A stretch of 64,000 nucleotides of DNA from a virus (taxonomy: Duplodnaviria; Heunggongvirae; Uroviricota; Caudoviricetes). Where the stretch lies: positions 15,772 through 79,771 of IMG/VR virus record IMGVR_UViG_3300042879_003909; one strand, 5' to 3'. Positions 6,402-13,138 of the stretch are shown here, one piece after another; the stretch's first letter is position 1; each line of letters starts with the position of its first letter. A program made the position numbers and the translations under genes. A model generated the notes under the pieces. It was not told where the DNA came from. It worked only from the letters and a program-made list of their open reading frames with translations, and did not search any database.

Positions 6402-6600
6402 CACTATAACCGCAGAAAACAAATAAGATTAACAGGTCTGATTTATATTTTGTTGCAAAAAGATTTTTTCGTCGTCGTAAGTCATTGGTAGATAACAACT
6501 TATGATTCGAAATTATTTTTAAAATATTTTTTGGCACGATATTTGCACTGCTTGTAGTACAAAAGGGGGGTATTGCAGAAAAAAACTTTTTTGATTTTAT
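6402..6600. repeat. Duplicated regulatory block, copy 2
   Basis: Aligns with 4950-5150. Confidence 0.9.
6531..6547 (+). promoter_or_regulatory. sigma54 (RpoN) -24/-12 promoter consensus
   Basis: TTGGCACG-ATAT-TTGCA, identical to 5079-5095. Confidence 0.7.
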
Positions 6601-6603
6601 TGT

Positions 6604-6790
6604 GACCCACCCAGAAGAGGGGGTATTTGAGAGATCCCCCAAAAGGGGGGTTCCGGGCCGGCCCGGCCCCCTCGTTCGGGGGGATATCCCCCCTTTCAGG
6701 CTACACCCCCCCATTCGGGTGGAGTTTAGAAAAAAACTTTTTTCTTTTTTTTCTCGTACCACCCAGAAGGGGGATCACCCCCCTTCCTAG
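6604..6790. repeat. GC-rich multi-hairpin element E6
   Basis: ccccc-aaaa-gggggg, ccgggccggcccgg core, ccccctcgttcggggggatatcccccc; 3' of stop at 6801. Confidence 0.8.
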
Positions 6791-6800
6791 CGTACCACCA

Positions 6801-7019
6801 CTATCCAGCAAGTTTTTCCAACATTTTTAACGTCCATGCGGGGCCACTAGGAAGCGGGTGCATTTCCCCGGCAGGATTGTAGAGGGTGCATTCTTCATAG
6901 TATCGGTCGTCGTCCCATTCTGTGGTTACGATAACATACCATCCGGTTTTAAAGGTAAACTTTGTGGCTCTGTTTGCGATGGTTTCGATGAGTTGGATAG
7001 AAGAAGTTTGTTCGTCCAT
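6801..7019 (-). CDS. Hypothetical early protein
   Basis: ORF track; ACACAAAGG leader; after P11. Confidence 0.75.
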   Translation of the reverse strand: MDEQTSSIQLIETIANRATKFTFKTGWYVIVTTEWDDDRYYEECTLYNPAGEMHPLPSGPAWTLKMLEKLAG

Positions 7020-7054
7020 TTTTTTTCCTTTGTGTTTGTGTCTCGTATGTTCTT

Positions 7055-7083
7055 ATTATACCTTATCGGCCCAACCCCGTCAA
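7055..7083 (-). promoter_or_regulatory. sigma70-type promoter P11
   Basis: TTGACG-N17 (gggttgggcCGATAagg)-TATAAT. Confidence 0.8.
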
Positions 7084-7112
7084 GAGTTGAGCCGAATTTT
7101 TTTTTATTTTTT

Positions 7113-7310
7113 TTATCTTACAATGGCCAACTTTGGAACTAGGCTTTTAGGCCCTTGTCGAATGTCAATTGCGGTTCCGTCCTTGCAAACTAGCATGATA
7201 GGAATCATCCAGTAGTCCTCTCCATCATATTCAATCAAGAAAACATACTTGGTTCCGGCGTCAAGAGCAACTTCGTTGAGACCTACGGTGAACATGTTTA
7301 GCTTTTCCAT
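7113..7310 (-). CDS. Hypothetical early protein
   Basis: ORF track; ACACAAAGG leader; after P12. Confidence 0.75.
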   Translation of the reverse strand: MEKLNMFTVGLNEVALDAGTKYVFLIEYDGEDYWMIPIMLVCKDGTAIDIRQGPKSLVPKLAIVR

Positions 7311-7351
7311 TTTTTCTTTCCTTTGTGTGAAACTGTCTTTCGTATGTTTGT

Positions 7352-7380
7352 ATTATACAATATCGACTCAACCCCGTCAA
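7352..7380 (-). promoter_or_regulatory. sigma70-type promoter P12
   Basis: TTGACG-N17 (gggttgagtCGATAttg)-TATAAT. Confidence 0.8.
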
Positions 7381-7408
7381 GAGTTGAGCCGAATTTTTTT
7401 TATTTTTT

Positions 7409-7585
7409 TTATTGGAACATATCCATTGCGATTGCGTGAAGTTCACAAGAATAGTTGTTCGTCAAGTAATCGCATTCCGCATCCGTCAATGGGCGATTTT
7501 CGACGATATGCCAGCCACCCCGGCAGAACACGGTATCATCGGCAGGTTCTAGTTCTAGGTCGATAACTTGGTTGATTGTAATCAT
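7409..7585 (-). CDS. Hypothetical 58-aa protein (not in ORF track)
   Basis: MITINQVIDLELEPADDTVFCRGGWHIVENRPLTDAECDYLTNNYSCELHAIAMDMFQ; ACACAAAGG leader. Confidence 0.7.
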   Translation of the reverse strand: MITINQVIDLELEPADDTVFCRGGWHIVENRPLTDAECDYLTNNYSCELHAIAMDMFQ

Positions 7586-7628
7586 TTTTTCTTTCCTTTG
7601 TGTTTGAAACTGTCTTTCGTATGTTCTT

Positions 7629-7657
7629 ATTATACCTTATCGACCAATCTTGGTCAA
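7629..7657 (-). promoter_or_regulatory. sigma70-type promoter P13
   Basis: TTGACC-N17 (aagattggtCGATAagg)-TATAAT. Confidence 0.8.
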
Positions 7658-7662
7658 GAGCT

Positions 7663-7824
7663 TTAACCTAAAATTCCGTTTTTATTTTTAACCACTTCAA
7701 CTAAGTAGCTATAGCTCTTGCTGGTATGAACCGTACCATCCGCACAGCGAGCAATAAAATATTGCTGCTTTGTTCCGCGCAATCGGCACTCGATTTTCCA
7801 AACTAGTTTTTCTGTACTAAACAT
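7663..7824 (-). CDS. Hypothetical 53-aa protein (not in ORF track)
   Basis: MFSTEKLVWKIECRLRGTKQQYFIARCADGTVHTSKSYSYLVEVVKNKNGILG; CACAAGG leader. Confidence 0.7.
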   Translation of the reverse strand: MFSTEKLVWKIECRLRGTKQQYFIARCADGTVHTSKSYSYLVEVVKNKNGILG

Positions 7825-7862
7825 TTTTTTTCCTTGTGTGAAACTGTCTTTCGTATGCTCTT

Positions 7863-7890
7863 ATTATACTCTAATTATCGCCATTGTCAA
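7863..7890 (-). promoter_or_regulatory. sigma70-type promoter P14 (first of the island)
   Basis: TTGACA-N16 (atggCGATAattagag)-TATAAT. Confidence 0.85.
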
Positions 7891-8000
7891 TAGGAAACTT
7901 TATTTTTTATTTTTTTATTTTTCTAGTATACGGCCATATACTGTAAAAATGTATATCGTATTCTATTGTAAAGTATATTTCAGTATACCTATAAACCGCT

Positions 8001-8046
8001 GTACATAGTGTACAACCAGTATCATATATCGTTGTACATAGTGTAC
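8001..8046. repeat. Two copies of hyphenated palindrome GTACATAGTGTAC
   Basis: 8001-8013 and 8034-8046, 33 bp apart. Confidence 0.85.
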
Positions 8047-8134
8047 TGGCATACCCCTAGTTTTTCGTTCACCCCCCCTGTCTAGCGACCCCCCGCCGGG
8101 GGGTGGGGTGGGTATTGCATACCAAGTCGCTAAT

Positions 8135-9079
8135 TTATATAGATAAAAAACCACCCTTAGCAACACAATGATCCTTATAGTATCTAAAAACAGCAGTATG
8201 GCCAACAATTGCTATATGGTCGGCTATTTCTCTAAAAGTTTTTCCTTCTTCCACCATTGATATAATTAGGTCTTTATATGGTTCCAGATTAGATTTTGCT
8301 TTTTTATATTTGTTTATAGCATTGTGCTTTGATGTAGAAGACTCTAAATGCTCTGGATTGCAGCATTTTCTATTATGGCATTTGTGATGAACTAAATATG
8401 GATAATCATTATAATGATAAGCATATGAAACCCTATGACATAAATATTGTTTTTTATCATAGATAAAATAACCATAACCCTCTTTTGTCGCTTTTTGCCA
8501 CTCCCAGCATCCATTATCAACCTTGATTAGATTTTTATCTACTTTATTTAAATATAGCTCTTTTAATGGAAAATCTGAATCTTGTTTATTTTTATTGTAA
8601 ATAACGTCTTCGTGCAAAGAGATTATAATTTCATGCTCTTTTTTTAGCAGCTTTTCCGGTGAACATTCTTCTATTATATAAAATAAAAAATCACTACCTA
8701 TATTAAAATCTGTTTGCAAGCCTTTATTATAATGATTATTTTTATTTAATTCTTTAAAATGTAGTTTTAATCTTTGTATTACATCTTCTGATGAGCCTAT
8801 ATACGCCTTATATAAATCATTTCTACAAATAACATAAAGCCCACAGATAACTCTTGTTTCGTCTAAAGATATTTTATGCTTTAATAATTTAGATATATTT
8901 TTGTTTTTTACTTTATAATCTAGCCTGATTGATCTTAGTTGACTTTTTGATATTTGATATTTTTCGCATATCTCTTTATTTGATAGCCTGCCATAGTTCT
9001 CTACAATTTCTTGGGCTTTATCGTGTTTTAAAGTATTTCTTTTTTTATATAAGGATTTTTTGCCTTTTGGTCTAGCCAT
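8135..9079 (-). CDS. Free-standing endonuclease, HTH + GIY-YIG + HNH + HTH
   Basis: GLY...YIGSS...R..H (GIY-YIG) and CWEW...GYG...CHRVSY...VHHKCHNRKCCNPEHL (HNH). Start at MARPKG (9079) after AGGAG. Confidence 0.8.
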   Translation of the reverse strand: MARPKGKKSLYKKRNTLKHDKAQEIVENYGRLSNKEICEKYQISKSQLRSIRLDYKVKNKNISKLLKHKISLDETRVICGLYVICRNDLYKAYIGSSEDVIQRLKLHFKELNKNNHYNKGLQTDFNIGSDFLFYIIEECSPEKLLKKEHEIIISLHEDVIYNKNKQDSDFPLKELYLNKVDKNLIKVDNGCWEWQKATKEGYGYFIYDKKQYLCHRVSYAYHYNDYPYLVHHKCHNRKCCNPEHLESSTSKHNAINKYKKAKSNLEPYKDLIISMVEEGKTFREIADHIAIVGHTAVFRYYKDHCVAKGGFLSI

Positions 9080-9113
9080 ATAATATCTCCTGTAAAAAAG
9101 GGGGTCTGCATAT

Positions 9114-9127
9114 AGATACACAAAAAA
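9114..9127 (-). promoter_or_regulatory. Putative late promoter motif (T-rich GTGTA)
   Basis: Minus strand TTTTTTGTGTATCT, about 35 bp upstream of the ATG at 9079. Confidence 0.45.
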
Positions 9128-9214
9128 CTACCTAGCACAACAAGCTCCTTCTTTTCAATATGTTATGCCCCTACTATTAACTGCATCCCCTTTCTGCTTT
9201 TTGTGCTATGCTCG

Positions 9215-9649
9215 CTAACTGTGACCCGGCTCTGTAGGCTTCCTTAAAAGCGGCATCATTGCTTCTTCTGGGGTACGATTACCCTTCTTAAAGTTGCAAT
9301 CTCTGCATGCACACACCAGATTTTCCCAAGTGTTTCTACCGTTTCTACTTTGAGGCAAAACGTGATCTAGAGTTAAGTGTTCAGGCTTTTCACAGCCACA
9401 GTACTGACACGTATAATTGTCTCTTAAAAATACGTTACGTTTATTAGGAACGAACCTCTTATTTCTTTTAACGTACTTCTTGACCATAACTATCTTAGGA
9501 ACTTGATAGTAGTCACCCCCGGCACTTAAAATAGGGTTTGGCCAAAATTCAATAGCTTGAACTACGCCTTTTAATAAAAGGACCATTCCTTTCTGCCAGC
9601 TACTAATAGTGATGACAGAATAATCCAAATTAAGTATAGTTGTTCTCAT
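9215..9649 (-). CDS. McrA-like HNH endonuclease
   Basis: RDNYTCQYCG...LTLDHVLPQSRNG..TWENLVCACRDCNFKKG. Confidence 0.9.
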   Translation of the reverse strand: MRTTILNLDYSVITISSWQKGMVLLLKGVVQAIEFWPNPILSAGGDYYQVPKIVMVKKYVKRNKRFVPNKRNVFLRDNYTCQYCGCEKPEHLTLDHVLPQSRNGRNTWENLVCACRDCNFKKGNRTPEEAMMPLLRKPTEPGHS

Positions 9650-9670
9650 AATTTTTATCCTTTTTCTGTA

Positions 9671-9681
9671 TTTAGTGTATA
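9671..9681 (+). promoter_or_regulatory. Putative late promoter motif (T-rich GTGTA)
   Basis: TTTAGTGTATA upstream of 9714. Confidence 0.45.
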
Positions 9682-9713
9682 TTATAAAATAGGTTTATAT
9701 AAAGGAGAAAATA

Positions 9714-9923
9714 ATGCATAATATAATACCGCCCGGCGAATATGTTGTCAAGGGCACTGAAGAATTAAATAAACAAGTGGCCCGGGAATTAGATATTCCT
9801 GACGAACCAAAACACACCACCGCACAGCTTTTCGAAGAAGGAGAGGAAATTGGAAGTAGACGACGAAACCCTACAGAAGATAATAAAGATAGCGAAGGCA
9901 CTAGCTCCAAAGTACACATTTGA
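9714..9923 (+). CDS. Hypothetical protein
   Basis: Strong AAGGAG RBS; overlaps the next ORF by 74 nt. Confidence 0.55.
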   Translation: MHNIIPPGEYVVKGTEELNKQVARELDIPDEPKHTTAQLFEEGEEIGSRRRNPTEDNKDSEGTSSKVHI

Positions 9924-10335
9924 TTGTCATAGTAAAGAAGATATCGAACAAGAAGCAATCATGATGGGCATCGAGGCATTGCCCCGGTACGATTCGGCTC
10001 GGCCCCTTGAAAACTTTCTTTACACCCATATTAGCAACCGGCTAAAAAATTTCAAGAGGGATAATTATTTTCGGCCAAATTCTGAGGGCGAACCCGAAAA
10101 GGTTCAGCAAAGTAAGAAGAATATTCTAGATGCCGGGTCCCTAAACGAGGGGGCTATCTACTTTGAGCCCGACTTGGATGACTATCTAGACAGCCGAGAA
10201 GCTGTAGAAAAAGTCCGGGCAGCCCTGCCAGCTTCTTATCGTAAAGACTATCTGAAGCTATGTGCCGGGGTAAGAGTGTCGGCCCATAGAAAGCAGGAGA
10301 TTTATTCTTTAATTAAGGAAATTTTAGATGGCTAG
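9850..10335 (+). CDS. Phage sigma-factor-like protein (sigma70 region 2-like)
   Basis: EDIEQEAIMMGIEALPRYDSARPLENFLYTHISNRLKNFKR resembles region 2 (DLxQE..LGL.EA..RYD...F..YA...I.N.L.N..R); TTG start after GGAG. Confidence 0.6.
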   Translation: MEVDDETLQKIIKIAKALAPKYTFDCHSKEDIEQEAIMMGIEALPRYDSARPLENFLYTHISNRLKNFKRDNYFRPNSEGEPEKVQQSKKNILDAGSLNEGAIYFEPDLDDYLDSREAVEKVRAALPASYRKDYLKLCAGVRVSAHRKQEIYSLIKEILDG

Positions 10336-11122
10336 TTTAAAGACCGGGCGTTTCTCAATATCCGAAATAGGCTATATTAGGGCGAACGTAGATCGGCAAA
10401 GCGTAGACGAGATAGCCGGGCATCTTAACCGGGACCCCATATCGGTCCATAACTGGATCGCTAAAAATGTGGGGTTTTCATCGGGCGAAAAAAGGGAGGC
10501 TGAAGTCCATCAAGAACTCAAGGGGCGACCATATTATAAGGAACTCGCCAAGCAGTTTTCAGAAGATGAGCTGGCAATGTTTGAGTTTCATTTTAAAAAG
10601 ATGTGGGCCCAGTTCAAAGATGACGTTTTCCATACCGAAGAGATGCAAATTATCGACTTGGTAAAATTAGAAATATTAATGAACCGCATACTCCGGGGCC
10701 AGCAGGAAACAGTAGAAAAGATATACCGGCTTGAGGACGAGCTTCAAGACGCAGAAAGGGCCGACGATAAAGATACGGCGATGGCTCTGGAAAGACAGAT
10801 TGCCACGCTCCGGGCATCACAGGAAACGATGTCCCGGGACTTTAAAGATTTGCAGGCCCGTAAATCTGCTTTATATAAAGATCTAAAGGGTACGCGCGAA
10901 CAGCGTATTAAGGCGATTGAAGATCATCGCCAGACATTCCCAACTTTAATTACCAAAGTAATGACGGACCCTAAATACCGGCAGGATATGGCCACTTATA
11001 TCGAAAAGATGCGGCTGGCTACGGAAAAAGAAAGGGCCCGGTTATCTGAGTTAATTTCCTATGAGGACAATATACCAGATAGACCATTGTTAAACTCTGA
11101 CTCTACAATGAAGGACGAATAA
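10328..11122 (+). CDS. HTH + coiled-coil protein, candidate terminase small subunit
   Basis: N-terminal HTH-like SVDEIAGHLNRDPISVHNW, helical C-terminus, upstream of terL; position-based inference. Confidence 0.4.
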   Translation: MASLKTGRFSISEIGYIRANVDRQSVDEIAGHLNRDPISVHNWIAKNVGFSSGEKREAEVHQELKGRPYYKELAKQFSEDELAMFEFHFKKMWAQFKDDVFHTEEMQIIDLVKLEILMNRILRGQQETVEKIYRLEDELQDAERADDKDTAMALERQIATLRASQETMSRDFKDLQARKSALYKDLKGTREQRIKAIEDHRQTFPTLITKVMTDPKYRQDMATYIEKMRLATEKERARLSELISYEDNIPDRPLLNSDSTMKDE

Positions 11123-11124
11123 AA

Positions 11125-11373
11125 ATGACACCAGAAAATTTTATATATTGGATACAGGGATTTTTTGAAATACAAGACCCAAAAAATATTACTGAACAAC
11201 AGGTCCAGATTATTAAAGACCATATAGCACTAGTGCTAAAAAAAGATACGCCGCAATATACGCTAAATTTTATTAAGAGCGATTCATCAGAAATATATTG
11301 CTTAAATCAGAAGCCTCCTCTACCAACAAATCCAGTAAATAACATTGTATTACCATTCGGAGGATCTTGTTAA
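11125..11373 (+). CDS. Conserved phage hypothetical protein
   Basis: MTPENFIYWIQGFFEI...QVQIIKDHIALV pattern seen in phage hypotheticals. Confidence 0.7.
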   Translation: MTPENFIYWIQGFFEIQDPKNITEQQVQIIKDHIALVLKKDTPQYTLNFIKSDSSEIYCLNQKPPLPTNPVNNIVLPFGGSC

Positions 11374-12449
11374 TGAAAACAGCCATAATATACGGCGTCA
11401 CCGGGCAGGACGGGTTTTATTTAACCCAAGAATTACTAAGGCACAATTATCAAGTAGTTGGTGTTACGCGAAGATCAAGCACTAATAATACCACTAGATT
11501 GACCCCTTTTCTTACCAACAAAAATTTAACGCTTATAGAGGGCGATGTAACCGACTGTTTTTCTATAGCGAATTTAATAAACAAATATAGGCCCGACGAA
11601 ATTTATAATCTTGCTGCACAGTCCCATGTGGCAACCTCGTTTGTCCAGCCTTCTTTGACTTGGGATATTACGGCCGGGGGATGTTTAAATATACTTGAGG
11701 CGATACGAAATGTTAGCCCGGGTATTAAGTTTTATCAGGCTTCTTCAAGCGAAATGTTTGGTAAAAATTATACGACCGCAGCCGATGGTAAAAAGTATCA
11801 AAATGAGGACACTCCGATGATGCCACAGTCGCCATATGCTATTGCCAAATTGGCGGCACATCACTTGGTAAGAAACTACCGGGACTCCTATGGCACCTTT
11901 GCATGCTCTGGTATTCTCTTTAATCATGAGAGCGCTCATAGGGGTGAGAATTTTGTTACCAGAAAGATTACCAAGTGGATAGGGGGATTGTGTGCCCTAT
12001 CAAGAGAAAATAACGATATAGTATTTTATGATGATTATATATTGTGCGGCAATACTAAATATCCAAAGCTAAGACTAGGCAACCTAGAGGCTAAAAGAGA
12101 CTGGGGACATGCAAAAGATTACTGCCGGGCCATGTATTTAATGCTACAACAAGATACCCCGGACGATTATGTTGTTTCTACCCAAGAAACCCACAGTGTT
12201 AAAGAGTTTTTAGATACGGCCTTTAAGGTGGCTCATTTGGGCGATTATAATAATTATATTGTTATAGATCCCGCTTTTTATAGACCAGCCGAGGTTGATT
12301 ACTTATTGGGAGATTCTACTAAAGCTAGAACAGTTTTAAAGTGGACCCCTGAATATGATTTTGCTTCTTTAGTAGAAGAAATGGTGGAGCACGATATACA
12401 TGAGGCAGAGAAGACAAGATTCGGAATTGCGCAAGTCAGTTCTCGTTAG
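11373..12449 (+). CDS. gmd: GDP-mannose 4,6-dehydratase
   Basis: GVTGQDG, PDEIYNLAAQSHV, FYQASSSEMFG, PQSPYAIAK, GILFNHES, FVTRKIT, LGNLEAKRDWGHAKDY, RPAEVDYLLGD. Confidence 0.95.
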   Translation: MKTAIIYGVTGQDGFYLTQELLRHNYQVVGVTRRSSTNNTTRLTPFLTNKNLTLIEGDVTDCFSIANLINKYRPDEIYNLAAQSHVATSFVQPSLTWDITAGGCLNILEAIRNVSPGIKFYQASSSEMFGKNYTTAADGKKYQNEDTPMMPQSPYAIAKLAAHHLVRNYRDSYGTFACSGILFNHESAHRGENFVTRKITKWIGGLCALSRENNDIVFYDDYILCGNTKYPKLRLGNLEAKRDWGHAKDYCRAMYLMLQQDTPDDYVVSTQETHSVKEFLDTAFKVAHLGDYNNYIVIDPAFYRPAEVDYLLGDSTKARTVLKWTPEYDFASLVEEMVEHDIHEAEKTRFGIAQVSSR

Positions 12450-12651
12450 AGATAAACATACGTGCCAGCTTTGTTTTAAAAAGAAAAGGGCCCGGTATTT
12501 ACAGGTGCACCATATCAGGATGTGGTCTAGGTCGGCCCATTTAAGATTTGAGCCGGGCAACTGTATTACGTTATGTATTCCTTGCCATAAATCAATTAGG
12601 GGCAAAGAACATCATTACGAAAGTTATTTTATGAGGATTATTAATGAGTGA
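12400..12651 (+). CDS. Small HNH endonuclease, terminase-adjacent (HK97 gp74-like position)
   Basis: RDKHTCQLC...LQVHHI...GNCITLCIPCH. Confidence 0.85.
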   Translation: MRQRRQDSELRKSVLVRDKHTCQLCFKKKRARYLQVHHIRMWSRSAHLRFEPGNCITLCIPCHKSIRGKEHHYESYFMRIINE

Positions 12652-13138
12652 ATATATAATATTGAGAGACACTAGAGAAAAACAAGGCTGGGATTTTCCC
12701 CGGGACAATTTGTGTCTGGGAGTTGAGGATGTTGCCCTAAAGACCGGGGACTACACTATGAAAGGATATGAAAACGTAATTTGTATAGAGCGTAAAAAGG
12801 AAGTATCCGAAATAGCTGGAAATATTGGTAAATATAAAAAAAGATTTGAGGCCGAACTACAGAGACTCACAGCCTTTAGATATTCATATATTATTTGTGA
12901 ATTTAGTTTACAGGACATAATAGATTATCCAAAGTTTTCACATATACCACAAAAGAGAAGACAGAACATAGTTATTACCGGAAAGTATGTCCTAAAATGC
13001 CTAATAGAATATCAGCTAAAATATGGCGTACATGTTATGTTTTGCGAAAATCCTGAAAACGCCGCCCATTTTGCCCGGAGCCTTATGAAAAGAATACATG
13101 AAATGCTAGAGAAAGAAAATGATCTCAATAGAAAATAA
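12644..13138 (+). CDS. ERCC4-domain nuclease
   Basis: DTREK...LKTGDY...ICIERKK motif. Confidence 0.8.
   Translation: MSEYIILRDTREKQGWDFPRDNLCLGVEDVALKTGDYTMKGYENVICIERKKEVSEIAGNIGKYKKRFEAELQRLTAFRYSYIICEFSLQDIIDYPKFSHIPQKRRQNIVITGKYVLKCLIEYQLKYGVHVMFCENPENAAHFARSLMKRIHEMLEKENDLNRK

Noticed and set aside
1217-6790. E elements as classic integron attC sites or IS/MITE ends
   Set aside because: No RYYYAAC/GTTRRRY boxes, no target-site duplications, and no integrase or transposase in the window.
9850-9923. Frameshift fusion of ORFs 9714 and 9850
   Set aside because: Both have their own Shine-Dalgarno sequence and no clear slippery site, so a simple overlap is more economical.
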